Virus record (IMG/VR): IMGVR_UViG_3300020421_000004
Length of the DNA: 54,511 nucleotides
Strand: one strand, 5' to 3'
From: an uncultured virus (IMG/VR IMGVR_UViG_3300020421_000004)
Taxonomy: Duplodnaviria > Heunggongvirae > Uroviricota > Caudoviricetes
The notes below the pieces were generated by a model. That model searched no databases and was not told the DNA's origin. It saw nothing but the letters and a program-made list of their open reading frames with translations. The position numbers and the translations under genes were made by a program. Positions 1 through 9,749 of this stretch are shown piece by piece (position 1 is the stretch's first letter; each line of letters starts with the position of its first letter).

Positions 1-1041
1 ATTAACCGCACTAGGCTCGGCATCTGCTCCAACCACGGTGTTACTAGATCCTGTCGTGATTGTTTCGCCTGCATCGTGGCCCAGCAGAGTGTTGGAATCA
101 CCCGTACTTACTGCTGTTCCTGCATTCTCTCCGATGGCAGTATTGTGGTTACCACCGTTGAGTACAAGGCCGCTTACATACTGTGTTAGTGAGTCTAACG
201 CTCCCTCTCCAAGAGCAACGTTTTCTTGATCTGTTTCAAAATGGAACGGTCCAGTTATTACATCTCTGAAACCACCAACGTCTATTTCATTCATCATCTT
301 TCTTCTGTCTGCACCACCATCTAAAATAATAAACTCGTCTGCATTATCGGTGACATCAGCAGTCATGTCTGTCAATTCTGACATATCAAGTGTTAGTGTC
401 ACACCGCCAGTGGTACCACCTCCACTCAGCCCTACGCCTGCTGTGACAGCGGTTATGTCTCCACCACCTGCAGAACCAACAGAGTCGTCTACATATTTCT
501 TAATTGATTGTTGAGTTGCTAAAGCGGTATCAGAATCAGAAGACATATCGTTTTCGTCTAGGATTGTAGTGACTCTACTGTTAGCACCGCCTAGTCTGAC
601 CCCGCTATCACTGATATCGAGTCTTGTTGAGCCACCTGTTTCATATGTTTGCGTATCAGTACCAAATGCGATCGAATTGTTGGTATCTCCTGAATGTTGT
701 ATTTCTCCTGCTACGGATACTGTGGAAGAAAAGGTCTTAGCCCCTGAAAAAGTTTGTGTTCCCGAAAGATGTGCTGTGTCAGCATCCAAGTAAGCAGAGG
801 CAATCGCTGTTCCCTGCCATGTTCCTGTTCCAATAGTCCCGACTGTGACTATACTTGAACTGCCTGCTATAACACCAAATTTATCGTTGATTCCGGCTGA
901 TGTCATAATATGTGCATCATCATCAGTAAACTCTCCTGAGTCGTCAACACCTGTGATTGTGTTGCCGTCTAAGACAATACCTGAGACCGTTGCATTGCCA
1001 GAGACAATTAATCCATTTTTTACTCTAAACTCATTTGCCAT
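1..1041 (-). CDS. Fibre/spike protein, 3' end runs off the window (absent from ORF track)
   Basis: ATG at 1041 opens a frame with no stop to position 1: MANEFRVKNGLIVSGNATVSG...VGTIGTGTWQGTAIASAY...GDITAVTAGVGLSGGGTTGGVTLTLD...NTAIGENAG..NTLLGHDAG..NTVVGADA. These G/T/S-rich beta repeats and NTxxG repeats are typical of viral fibres/trimeric adhesins. Confidence 0.8.
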   Translation of the reverse strand, partial: MANEFRVKNGLIVSGNATVSGIVLDGNTITGVDDSGEFTDDDAHIMTSAGINDKFGVIAGSSSIVTVGTIGTGTWQGTAIASAYLDADTAHLSGTQTFSGAKTFSSTVSVAGEIQHSGDTNNSIAFGTDTQTYETGGSTRLDISDSGVRLGGANSRVTTILDENDMSSDSDTALATQQSIKKYVDDSVGSAGGGDITAVTAGVGLSGGGTTGGVTLTLDMSELTDMTADVTDNADEFIILDGGADRRKMMNEIDVGGFRDVITGPFHFETDQENVALGEGALDSLTQYVSGLVLNGGNHNTAIGENAGTAVSTGDSNTLLGHDAGETITTGSSNTVVGADAEPSAVN

Positions 1042-1085
1042 GCACGGTTCACTTTCCCCAGTGCAAGGGTTTTAACACATTAATA

Positions 1086-3332
1086 TCATATTGCTGATAT
1101 TCTTTGTGTCACCGCCCTTACCTTAAACGACCCTGTTCCTGCTACGGCAGCGGGCACGAAATTTAATGTTATAGTATCTCCAGAAGTAGTGGCAGTGAAT
1201 GTCCCAAGTTCCACGTTGTTGAAAACAACTGCGTAGACTGTCATGAATGCTTCAGCAGTACTTGGATTGTCGTCTCCTAACAATAGTATTTCTGTAGTCA
1301 TTAAATCATTATTGGTTGTATCTTCAACTATTATGAAATACTTAGTGGCTTGATATACTGAGCAATTGAAAGCGTCTATTGCAGTTGCACCGTCACTCTC
1401 TCCAATTGCGGTTGCACCGGTACCCTTTGCTGCTGTTGCAACTCCTATATTGAACATAGAAGTTCCTGCTGTTTCGAACACAACGTGTTCGTTATCTGCT
1501 ACGTTGAGAACAATCTTTCCGTCAGCATCTAGGTTCATGTGGGCTGCTGCGGCAGCGTTATCGACTGTTGCGAGAGTAAATTCACCATTGGTTGCTGCTG
1601 TCATTGTTACGGTGTCGTTTGAAGAACCAGTCATTGTTATGACTTTTCCATCAACTTCAATATCGTCAACAGTCAAAGCAGATGCTGCTATTTCACCACT
1701 ACTGCCGTAAATAACTGCTTTAGAGTTTACAACAGTGTCTGCAACAGCAGTATCTAGTAAATTCAACTCTGCTGGGGTTGAAGTTATTGTTTCAGTGACA
1801 GCCACAGCCATTATAGCCATATGACCCCCTAGATCTGGCATTGTTATTGTTCTGTCAGCAGTTGCATCCGCCGCAGTAAGTATTACTTCATGGTCATTGC
1901 CATCTCCTGCTCTAAATGCTAATGAGTTGTCTTCTACAACCTGTACTGTTTCACTATGGTAAATAGTATCTCCTGTTACAGTTAAATTACCTGCAATCTC
2001 GACGGTCGAACCTGCTGCATTAGCACCACCAGTAATGGTCATAACGTCTGCGTATGCTCCGGTAGAGCCTCCGCCAGTTGTGTGGACACCGAAGAACATC
2101 TTACCGCTTTCACTGCCGTTAGTGACCGCGTTTGCCTTGACTTGTATTCTTCCGTATTCTGTTTGGGCGTTTGCTGAATCGTCTGCTTTGAAATGAATAG
2201 TTCCTGCTACGTCGTTGACGGCAGCAGAATTAGAGGTTTCGAGTGAAAACTCGAGCGATGGTCCAGTCGCATCGTCATTGGTATTCGAGATGAGCACGTC
2301 AGGTTTATCACTAGTCGAGGAGTGAACGATGAACGATGGTGTGTCCACGTTGACTTCCGTTGATGCGTTGATGTCTATGGTCTGTCCATTTAATTCTATT
2401 TCCGAATCAGAAACAAGATCTAGTACACTATCGGCACTTTGGTGAATATATGTACCTGAATCGCCAAACATAAGTTTGTTTGTCGAATTTAGTGTCAAAC
2501 CACTTCCGTCTGTGTGGGTCAAAGTAGTATCTTTATCTACACCAAAATGGATAACCGCGCCATCAGAAATCAAAATGATGTCGTCACCAATAACAGCATC
2601 AAAAGTAACACTCAGACCACCATCGGTCTGTAATGAACCATCAGTTATAGAAGTTGCAGCAGTCGTATTGTCTGTTTTGAGTATCCCACTGAATGTTCCA
2701 GTAGTTGCTGCTAAAGCCCCACCAACGGTTAATCCTTGGCTGTTTGTAGTAATAGTACCAGACGGTTCGTCAATGGTCTTGTCGTCGCCATCACAGACCA
2801 TGAGGACATTGGCTGTAGTGAATGTACTTCCTGCTGCAACATCTCCAGACCCGCTTGCGGTTGAAGCCAAAGTGTACGCTGGTCGACCAAAAGTGGCCGT
2901 AGTTGATGGGGTGATGGTTATGTTGCTTCCTGCAAGTAATTCTACACCACTCATTTGTGCGGTTGTTGCCTGTCCACCACCGGCTGTCTGATGGAATGTC
3001 ATTGTACGGTTGCTAAGTGTGCCTCCAGAGGTATTGATGGGTGTTCTTGATAGTGTCATCGTTGTAGTGCTTAATGCATCTACGTATGTGTTTGGTCGAA
3101 TATCTCCGCCCTCAACTAACATCCCAACTGACACACCTGCGGCAGCCCAGTTGCCGTTCTTGGTTACGTCGTGGGTTGCTGGAGAGGGTATAGCAATCTG
3201 AGCACCTGTCCCGCTTCCACTGATACTTAGTGCAGCACCGTTAGTTCCACCACCAACTGAAATTAAGTCGGTTTGCATAGGCCCTGCGACCCTTGTGCCT
3301 TCACTATATACCGGCGTACCCATATTACTCAA
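1086..3332 (-). CDS. Fibre/spike structural protein (748 aa)
   Basis: T/S/G/A-rich beta-repeat composition; segments such as TDGSLQTDGGLSV, TLTHTDGSGLTLNSTNKLMFGD, ADRTITMPD, ITSTPAELNLLD. The C-terminal domain (IDAF..SVYQATKY..TTEILL..LGTF) is shared with 4601..5638. Confidence 0.75.
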   Translation of the reverse strand: MSNMGTPVYSEGTRVAGPMQTDLISVGGGTNGAALSISGSGTGAQIAIPSPATHDVTKNGNWAAAGVSVGMLVEGGDIRPNTYVDALSTTTMTLSRTPINTSGGTLSNRTMTFHQTAGGGQATTAQMSGVELLAGSNITITPSTTATFGRPAYTLASTASGSGDVAAGSTFTTANVLMVCDGDDKTIDEPSGTITTNSQGLTVGGALAATTGTFSGILKTDNTTAATSITDGSLQTDGGLSVTFDAVIGDDIILISDGAVIHFGVDKDTTLTHTDGSGLTLNSTNKLMFGDSGTYIHQSADSVLDLVSDSEIELNGQTIDINASTEVNVDTPSFIVHSSTSDKPDVLISNTNDDATGPSLEFSLETSNSAAVNDVAGTIHFKADDSANAQTEYGRIQVKANAVTNGSESGKMFFGVHTTGGGSTGAYADVMTITGGANAAGSTVEIAGNLTVTGDTIYHSETVQVVEDNSLAFRAGDGNDHEVILTAADATADRTITMPDLGGHMAIMAVAVTETITSTPAELNLLDTAVADTVVNSKAVIYGSSGEIAASALTVDDIEVDGKVITMTGSSNDTVTMTAATNGEFTLATVDNAAAAAHMNLDADGKIVLNVADNEHVVFETAGTSMFNIGVATAAKGTGATAIGESDGATAIDAFNCSVYQATKYFIIVEDTTNNDLMTTEILLLGDDNPSTAEAFMTVYAVVFNNVELGTFTATTSGDTITLNFVPAAVAGTGSFKVRAVTQRISAI

Positions 3333-4597
3333 CCACCTGCTACCACTGGCATTTGATGAGCATCAACCATAGCCGTCACCGTTGTTGTCCGGCCAGATGG
3401 GACTTCCTTATATTGGCACCATCCAATAACTAGATATCTTTGATTATTGGATGAATCCCTAGCGTTTGTTGTGTGCATCATAGCACAGAACTCTCCAGGT
3501 TGATTATTTCTGCCGCTATCGTAATTGCCTGCGTACCAATTACAGTCCATCGATTGAAACTCGACACGATTTTGCGCTGCTTTGTAAGTGGCTTTTATTG
3601 TTTCATGTTGTGTAAAGTATGCGTTGTTATTTGATGTCACCTTAGACTGTATTGAACAGTGTGCAATGACTGAGTGATACATTACTTGGTCGGTATCGTC
3701 CAAATCGATGTAAACCAACGGAACGATTTCTTCTGCAAGAATTGTACCTGTGTCAGTAACGACAGCATTTAGGGTTGCGTTACTGTTCTCAAGCGATAGT
3801 CCTGTCCAATGAGTATTGATGTTACCATCTTTGCTGAATGAAGTTTTTTCTTCTAAACTCATTGTAGCAGTATTTGTTACTCTAAATCCAGCCCCTGCAC
3901 TTCCGGACTCTAGAGTGTTATTGTATATTGGAGAAACAGTTTTAACAGCAGAAATGAAAGTACCACCAGTCATAGTCAATGTGTTGGTAGAGTGGGTTAA
4001 AGAAACGTCACCCGCTTCGAAATTTATTATTCCAGTCGCACCAATGTGCAGGGTATTAAACCCAAGAGTGGCAGTTCCTAAGTCGTATGCTAAATCAGTT
4101 TTCGGCACAAGATCTGATGCAAGTCTTCCTGTGAAAGTAATATCGTCACCGGCAGCGTCACCTAAAGTGACAGCACCATCAAGTGTTGTCGCACCGACTA
4201 CATCTAATGCACCGCCAACATTCAAGTTACCAGTGGTATCTATTACACCGGCAGATGAGATAGTCATTTTTGTAGCCGCTGTTCCGTTTGCAGCAGTTTG
4301 GAAAACCATCTTAGTAGCATTGTTATCTGCAGCAAAGGTTCCCTCTGATATTGCCTGAATAGCAGCCCCTACAAGCAGGGCATTTGTTCCTGAGTCTTCG
4401 TCCGGTGCAGAGAAAGTTATCTTACCTAGAACGTCGTCAGCCGCTATTTCTGTTTCTTTTGTCTCGAAAGACAAAATAACTCCTTTGTCATCTCCTATAT
4501 CGGCATCGAGTCGAGTAAGAACAATCTTACCATCTGTTTCTTCCGAAAGAACAGCAGGCGTGATAAGCCCATTCTTTATACGGAATTCATTTGCCAT
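3329..4597 (-). CDS. Fibre/receptor-binding-like protein (422 aa)
   Basis: Starts MANEFRIKNGL like the 1..1041 gene; fibre-like segments (DVLGKITF..., VTLGDAAGDDITFTGRLASDLVPKTDLAYDLG); distinct globular C-terminus. Confidence 0.7.
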   Translation of the reverse strand: MANEFRIKNGLITPAVLSEETDGKIVLTRLDADIGDDKGVILSFETKETEIAADDVLGKITFSAPDEDSGTNALLVGAAIQAISEGTFAADNNATKMVFQTAANGTAATKMTISSAGVIDTTGNLNVGGALDVVGATTLDGAVTLGDAAGDDITFTGRLASDLVPKTDLAYDLGTATLGFNTLHIGATGIINFEAGDVSLTHSTNTLTMTGGTFISAVKTVSPIYNNTLESGSAGAGFRVTNTATMSLEEKTSFSKDGNINTHWTGLSLENSNATLNAVVTDTGTILAEEIVPLVYIDLDDTDQVMYHSVIAHCSIQSKVTSNNNAYFTQHETIKATYKAAQNRVEFQSMDCNWYAGNYDSGRNNQPGEFCAMMHTTNARDSSNNQRYLVIGWCQYKEVPSGRTTTVTAMVDAHQMPVVAGG

Positions 4598-4600
4598 TTA

Positions 4601-5638
4601 TCACACCTTGATTGCTTTTCTTGCTACTTTAATAGTCATTGCATTACTATTTGCCGCAGTAAATCTGAGTCGACAGTTGCTTGACGACACGTCTGTACTG
4701 AACGTTCCTAGTGCAGCGGTGCCTGTAAAGATTACCCCATAAGAGTTGTGTTTTGCGTTACTTCCGTCATGTATTACCATAAGTTCCCCAGTTTGATATT
4801 CATCTGGGTCTGCACCGGTATCTGTTATGTGATATTCATATTTTGCGCTACGGTAAGTTGCAATAGCCCACGAGTCTATTGTGGTTGTGCTAGTACTGCT
4901 AGTAGAACCTTCTGCTGTAGTTAGTATAATCTCTTTTATGCTTAAGTCAGCAGATATAGTAGCGTTACCGCTAGAGTCGAAAAGGATGTTTAACGGAATT
5001 GTTGTATGTATTGTGAACTTGTCATTACTACCAAATGTACCACCGGACTCTTTTGTTAGAACTAGCCCAACATGGTTTGCACCGACTGTTCCACTTTCAT
5101 ATCCAGCATCGCCATCAGTATAGATTGTTGAATCTGTGACTCTATAAACTGCTATATTGTCTTGGTCGTCTATCTGTTGGAAAATCAGCCTCGTACCTAT
5201 TGTATATCCGATACTCGCTAAATATGTCTCTGTATTTGCTACTGTTGTGCAACCAGGAAAAGACGCTTTGTGGAAGTAATGTTTTCCAGAATAGAGACCA
5301 AAATTACCTGCTGCAAAGGTAGAGCCACTGTATTTTGCAACAAATCTACCGATCCTTCCGATACTAGGAATTGTTTCAAACAAAGACCAAGCGCCGGATA
5401 CTTTACGATAGATGTCACCGTTAGTGTAATCTATATTGACGTCAGTATCCTCACCGTTACTATTAGACGGTGCGCCATCTGAATACTGAACAACTCCACC
5501 GGATGTTCCTATTGTTAGAATATTCTGACTGAGACTCATTGTTAATCCAGTGCCGTCTTTAATTCGACGCAAAACACCATCTATACTGCCATCACCGTCT
5601 ATATCGGCTAATGCTGGAGGTGATGTCATATATCCCAT
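4601..5638 (-). CDS. Fibre/spike adaptor-like protein (345 aa)
   Basis: GAPSNSNGEDTD..IDYTNGDIYRKVSGAW motif; C-terminal IDSW.IATYRSAKY...ELMVIHDG...LGTFSTDV domain paralogous to the end of 1086..3332. Confidence 0.7.
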   Translation of the reverse strand: MGYMTSPPALADIDGDGSIDGVLRRIKDGTGLTMSLSQNILTIGTSGGVVQYSDGAPSNSNGEDTDVNIDYTNGDIYRKVSGAWSLFETIPSIGRIGRFVAKYSGSTFAAGNFGLYSGKHYFHKASFPGCTTVANTETYLASIGYTIGTRLIFQQIDDQDNIAVYRVTDSTIYTDGDAGYESGTVGANHVGLVLTKESGGTFGSNDKFTIHTTIPLNILFDSSGNATISADLSIKEIILTTAEGSTSSTSTTTIDSWAIATYRSAKYEYHITDTGADPDEYQTGELMVIHDGSNAKHNSYGVIFTGTAALGTFSTDVSSSNCRLRFTAANSNAMTIKVARKAIKV

Positions 5639-5642
5639 AGTA

Positions 5643-6071
5643 TCACATATCTAACCAAAATAAGTTACAGGTACCACCACTAGGGTCTGTTGCTGCTATA
5701 GCATATATCTTAGATAGTCTTACTATATCTATCATTATAGATTGTCCAGCAACTAACGGTACGCCATCTGTTGCGCTAACTGTCTTTCCACCAATCATAA
5801 CGGTGACTGTATTACTAGAATCGGCGGTTATCAGAAAGCCTGTTTGGGCTACTACATCTTGTAATCCACACAATAATGGTAACTGTTTTCCTATTGTGTG
5901 ACTAGGGACGGTCATTCTAGGGTGACTGGTTGCGGCAAAGTCTTCTCTACCCTGTCTTGTAAAAAGTAATGATGTAGCACTTTCTTGCGTAATTGCAGAT
6001 ATAGGTAAAATATTACCAGAACCAGTAGTACCGTGTACTTGGCTCTTGTCTGAGTCGTTTCCCTGCGCCAC
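5643..6071 (-). CDS. Small beta-rich putative structural (vertex/spike base) protein
   Basis: GTG start; first gene of the fibre operon; beta-sandwich-like pattern ITADSSNTVTVMIGG..DGVPLVAGQSIMIDI..LSKIYAIA. Confidence 0.55.
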   Translation of the reverse strand: MAQGNDSDKSQVHGTTGSGNILPISAITQESATSLLFTRQGREDFAATSHPRMTVPSHTIGKQLPLLCGLQDVVAQTGFLITADSSNTVTVMIGGKTVSATDGVPLVAGQSIMIDIVRLSKIYAIAATDPSGGTCNLFWLDM

Positions 6072-6103
6072 GTAGGTTCCAACTTACACTTAAACAAAAG
6101 GAT

Positions 6104-6118
6104 TCCGCATCACTTAAG
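6104..6118 (+). promoter_or_regulatory. Archaeal-type promoter TCCGCATCAC-TTAAG for gene 6143
   Basis: 14-mer TCCGCATCACTTAA ends 25 nt before ATG 6143; an identical 14-mer lies at the same spacing upstream of gene 50107. Confidence 0.65.
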
Positions 6119-6142
6119 TGAAAAAGGAAGCACCGTAAATAC

Positions 6143-6556
6143 ATGGCCTTGTTTGAAAGAGACGATGTTGCAACCGTATATGGTAACTGTGTTACTTGTG
6201 GTAGAGACACCAGAAGTCATGTTCTAGAGAAAGCAAAATACGAAGAATATACTGCTGAAGTAGTAACTGCTAGGTCTGATGATTATGCTAATAGTTCTTG
6301 GGAAGAAACCGAAGAAGTCACTAAAGTAAGAAAGGTAACAGAAGCGGTTGTTGCTTGTCATTCTTGTTGGTTGAAAAGACATGAAGAAGTCAAAGAAATG
6401 ATGTTAAAAGATTACCAAAAGTGGGAAGCAAGCCCGCAAACTTACTTTTCTAAAATACACGTTGTGACTGAGATATGTCATGCTTACGACTTCCCTGTTG
6501 AACTAAAGGCAATGCGATACTTGATATCTATAATGAAGGAGTCAGTAAACCAATGA
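6143..6556 (+). CDS. Hypothetical Zn-binding protein
   Basis: CVTC...CHSC pairs; apparently leaderless start; ATGA-coupled to next gene. Confidence 0.7.
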   Translation: MALFERDDVATVYGNCVTCGRDTRSHVLEKAKYEEYTAEVVTARSDDYANSSWEETEEVTKVRKVTEAVVACHSCWLKRHEEVKEMMLKDYQKWEASPQTYFSKIHVVTEICHAYDFPVELKAMRYLISIMKESVNQ

Positions 6557-6795
6557 GCGATGAGATGGTTATGGCAAAAGTTAATGCTTTTGCTCAAGAA
6601 CTAAAAGAATTGGGTGTAGAAGATTTCATATTCGCTGCGGGTAGTTCGGCGGGTTTATTAGCCATCCAATATGATGGAGATCCAAGAGGAGTATGCTTCC
6701 TTGCGATGTCGGCATTGATGAATGCAATGTTTGACTCACTAGACAGCGATGCAGGAGAGATGGACGTTGGCAGACGAGAAGATTACAGCGAATGA
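6553..6795 (+). CDS. Hypothetical protein (80 aa)
   Basis: ATGA overlap with upstream gene, GGAG SD. Confidence 0.65.
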   Translation: MSDEMVMAKVNAFAQELKELGVEDFIFAAGSSAGLLAIQYDGDPRGVCFLAMSALMNAMFDSLDSDAGEMDVGRREDYSE

Positions 6796-7333
6796 ATGGG
6801 ATAGTAGGCGCAAGTGTCCTATCTGTAGTGACATTGCTGACAAGAAAATAAACCTTGATGGAGAAGTAATGCTTCATCCTAATACCGGTGAGCCACTTCA
6901 TTGTCCAATGTGTGATTATCCAGAAACCAAAATGTTTCATAAAGTAGTTATTGAAAGTAAGCGTACTGGTGCTAGAGGTGACACGCAACCATGGAATCAT
7001 CTATTCAAAGTCGAGTGTGAAAGTTGTGGCTGGTCGCACGTTGTACAAAACCATGTTTGCTTGGGAGAACCGTGGGATGAAGTCTTTGGCTTCAAAAGGA
7101 AACTAGAGCAAACCGATAATCAAGAGCACGCAATTGCTTGGTCAAACGAGCAAGCAGTGGGTCTTCGTGGCGGGTTGGACAAGTATAACAAAGAAGACGA
7201 ACTTTATGGTAAAGGACACCGTGCAGAACGTAAGATTACCAAGGAAAGAACGGAAGGTCAGGGGAAACTAGAGTGGATTCCGACTAAAGAAGAGAGAAAA
7301 TTACCAAAGTTCAGAGATGCACCAGAATCATAA
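6749..7333 (+). CDS. Zn-ribbon protein
   Basis: CPIC, CPMC and CESC motifs; start uncertain (47 nt overlap with upstream gene). Confidence 0.65.
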   Translation: MQERWTLADEKITANEWDSRRKCPICSDIADKKINLDGEVMLHPNTGEPLHCPMCDYPETKMFHKVVIESKRTGARGDTQPWNHLFKVECESCGWSHVVQNHVCLGEPWDEVFGFKRKLEQTDNQEHAIAWSNEQAVGLRGGLDKYNKEDELYGKGHRAERKITKERTEGQGKLEWIPTKEERKLPKFRDAPES

Positions 7334-7383
7334 CCTATAAGTATAAGTGTAAGTAATCTATAGATTACCGGAAGGTGACACAA

Positions 7384-7539
7384 ATGCGTGAAGATAAGAC
7401 AACAATGGTAACAATTAAGGTAGAACTAATAGGCAAAGAAGTGAAACTTGCTCAAGCAGTAAGCAATCACGAACTAGAAGAAGGCGTAGCCGCACTTCTA
7501 AACTCTGCGATTCTTTTAGAATCTAACCTAAACGAGTAA
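7384..7539 (+). CDS. Small hypothetical protein, 51 aa (absent from ORF track)
   Basis: MREDKTTMVTIKVELIGKEVKLAQAVSNHELEEGVAALLNSAILLESNLNE*; SD GGAAGGTGA just upstream and TATAAG boxes near 7336-7347. Confidence 0.65.
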   Translation: MREDKTTMVTIKVELIGKEVKLAQAVSNHELEEGVAALLNSAILLESNLNE

Positions 7540-7552
7540 ATAAGTACAGGGT

Positions 7553-7990
7553 CTATTGGTACTGAGAACCGTCTATAAGATCCCTAGTACTCGTTGAAAA
7601 TAATACGAACGCCACGCCTGCCACTATTAGGGAGGCTGGCGTTCTTCCTACCATCTTTTTCATCCTAGTCTGACTAGGTTCATGCATAATCCAATCGAGT
7701 GTAGTATAAGCCCCTACTGCAACTAAACTTCCTAGCAAGAAAGTCATTTTAGGATCTGCAAAATTCATATTAGGCTTGTCGGCTGCACCTAAGCCAAATA
7801 ATCCTGGTGTCTTATTATCTGTATAACCAATACCATTTCTACGCTTACTTAGCGGTGCTGCATTTTTTCCACTAAAACTATCGTCCAAAGCCATACGATT
7901 GATGTCAATAAAATCATTACTTAACGTACGTCTTTCCCATTCTAAATCAGGGTGGTATCGTGGAACTTTACGAGCGTGCTTATGCATCAT
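7553..7990 (-). CDS. Small membrane protein (2 TM) with GLFGLG motif
   Basis: Hydrophobic segments FLLGSLVAVGAY and LIVAGVAFVLF; PGLFGLGA. Confidence 0.7.
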   Translation of the reverse strand: MMHKHARKVPRYHPDLEWERRTLSNDFIDINRMALDDSFSGKNAAPLSKRRNGIGYTDNKTPGLFGLGAADKPNMNFADPKMTFLLGSLVAVGAYTTLDWIMHEPSQTRMKKMVGRTPASLIVAGVAFVLFSTSTRDLIDGSQYQ

Positions 7991-8700
7991 TCGTACCAGT
8001 CTCCGCCTGCTAAGGGTGCTAGCCCTGAGAAGCCGAGAATATCTTGGTGTTTCTTTAAGTCGCCCATCATCATTGCCTCACGGTTTTCAAACTGTGTGTC
8101 TAATGTTGCTTCGTAAGATTCTGATGCCATACCGATTCCAGCGTGGCCTATTCTTCTACGAGCAGAGGGTGAGAAACCATTCATTCCATGTGAACCACCA
8201 CAGTGACAGTGAGGATTACTTCTTGTGCCACAGTTGTTACATGCACCTAGTCCTTGTGCTTTGTCAAACATCAAATGTGCCGGCGGATTTGATACTGCCC
8301 TTGTGACAGTTTGTTGATTAAGATACATATCAGTTTGTGGCATTGCTTTTACTGTTGCACCTAGCCCAAACATACCTGACTTTGTAGGGTCGATATACAT
8401 GGACGTCTCGCCATCGCCTGGTCCCGGCATCCTGTGTGAAGATGATGATGTAGTTGAAGTTGAAGTTGTTGCACCTAGTCCAGCCGTTTTCATTCGCTCT
8501 CGTAATATGTGGTCAGTATAGTCACCAGTTGCTAAAACGTCCTGTCGCACTTTTTGTCTTTCGGTAAGCGGGGCTACTGATTGCACCTTAATCATATCAT
8601 ATAAATAATAACCAAAAGTTCCAGCAAGTGCTAAAGTAACATATGGGTGCTTCTCACCGTAATTACTGATTTGCTTAATTACACCTTTCTTTCTAGCCAT
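7987..8700 (-). CDS. Membrane-anchored virion-like protein with several GLG motifs
   Basis: Basic N-terminus, KHP, TM; TAGLG, GMFGLG, AQGLG; Cys/His cluster CNNC..NPHCHC. Confidence 0.7.
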   Translation of the reverse strand: MARKKGVIKQISNYGEKHPYVTLALAGTFGYYLYDMIKVQSVAPLTERQKVRQDVLATGDYTDHILRERMKTAGLGATTSTSTTSSSSHRMPGPGDGETSMYIDPTKSGMFGLGATVKAMPQTDMYLNQQTVTRAVSNPPAHLMFDKAQGLGACNNCGTRSNPHCHCGGSHGMNGFSPSARRRIGHAGIGMASESYEATLDTQFENREAMMMGDLKKHQDILGFSGLAPLAGGDWYE

Positions 8701-8867
8701 TATTGATTCCCCACTTCGAATGCCTTTGTCATCACGTAACTAGTGAAATAAATATTTAATGCGGTATATGCTGCTGCACCACCGATTAATATAGATACAA
8801 CTGGATGCTTGTTTGCGAACTTCTTGGAATCTTTCCAAGCCGTTTTAACATCCTTTTGTATTCCCAT
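8700..8867 (-). CDS. Small membrane protein, 55 aa (absent from ORF track)
   Basis: MGIQKDVKTAWKDSKKFANKHPVVSILIGGAAAYTALNIYFTSYVMTKAFEVGNQ*; TAATG-coupled to 7987..8700. Confidence 0.7.
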   Translation of the reverse strand: MGIQKDVKTAWKDSKKFANKHPVVSILIGGAAAYTALNIYFTSYVMTKAFEVGNQ

Positions 8868-8873
8868 ATGTAA

Positions 8874-9110
8874 TCACGCCGATAGAATTCCTGCTGCTGC
8901 TATTGCACCTATTGCTCCACCGAGTGCAGCATTTCTCTTTGCTATAGTTTTGTAAGTAACACCTTTCTTTTGTGCTCGACCTAAGAAATAACCATCAGCA
9001 AATGCTTGCATTACACCGCCCACAGCGAATGCAACTACTGCGCCAGTGATAAGAACTGTACTGACCGCTACTTTTGGTGCGGTAACTTCTCCTAAATGAT
9101 CTGGATACAT
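8874..9110 (-). CDS. Small 2-TM membrane protein
   Basis: SD GAGGTGAG; two Gly/Ala-rich hydrophobic helices; N-terminal HLG. Confidence 0.7.
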   Translation of the reverse strand: MYPDHLGEVTAPKVAVSTVLITGAVVAFAVGGVMQAFADGYFLGRAQKKGVTYKTIAKRNAALGGAIGAIAAAGILSA

Positions 9111-9121
9111 ATCTTCTCACC

Positions 9122-9466
9122 TCACGCGTACATTGATGCTAAAGGAACGGCTACTGCTGCACCAATTGCTGCTGCTTGCCATGACTTATCTTTGGTCATC
9201 ATTTTACTATACATAGGAACCCTTAGCAATACCATTCCAATTACTGCACCTGCTACTAAACCATATCCTGCTTTTTTAGCAACACTGCGCATAGATGAAC
9301 CGCTAGAACTAGTTGTTGTTATCACTGCTGATTGAGGGTGTAATTGAGCATCAGTCATTCCTGCTGCCTGTTCTTGGCTCATGCCATGAGATCTAAAGAA
9401 ATCTCCATCACTCATATGTGGATGACCTAGGCCACCCATATCCATAGATCCGTACCATCCTGACAT
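9122..9466 (-). CDS. Small 2-TM membrane protein with MGGLG motif
   Basis: GAGGT SD; DMGGLGH; two C-terminal hydrophobic helices. Confidence 0.7.
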   Translation of the reverse strand: MSGWYGSMDMGGLGHPHMSDGDFFRSHGMSQEQAAGMTDAQLHPQSAVITTTSSSGSSMRSVAKKAGYGLVAGAVIGMVLLRVPMYSKMMTKDKSWQAAAIGAAVAVPLASMYA

Positions 9467-9476
9467 CTAAAAGACC

Positions 9477-9740
9477 TCAGAATCCGTAGAAGACGGGGTC
9501 TCCGTCAGCAGGTCCAAAGAAGTGTGAAGCATTTGTGTATGGTTCATTCCTAATTGGAGGGTATGCGTCATACGCATATCTTGCTACTGGAGCACTAGTC
9601 GCTCTTTGGACAGGTGCTGGTGCAAGGCTTGTTGTCATTCCATTGTTCTTCATATACATGTACGCCGCAGCGCCAATAATACCTATAGATAATGCGGTAT
9701 TTCTTTTATAGAAACTTTTTACTTTTTTTGTTAACTTCAT
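9477..9740 (-). CDS. Small membrane protein
   Basis: MKLTKKVKSFYKRN + TM; N-terminus similar to 10138..10542. Confidence 0.7.
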   Translation of the reverse strand: MKLTKKVKSFYKRNTALSIGIIGAAAYMYMKNNGMTTSLAPAPVQRATSAPVARYAYDAYPPIRNEPYTNASHFFGPADGDPVFYGF

Positions 9741-9749
9741 TATAATTCC

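Noticed and set aside
38..5482. Numerous plus-strand ORFs over the fibre genes
   Set aside because: Antisense shadows of long minus-strand genes; no SD or recognisable motifs. The same applies to most plus-strand ORFs from 17.6 to 49 kb.
1..5638. Fibre genes as evidence for a tailed phage, or a DGR target
   Set aside because: No tail, baseplate or terminase genes recognised in the window; no reverse transcriptase or TR/VR pair seen.
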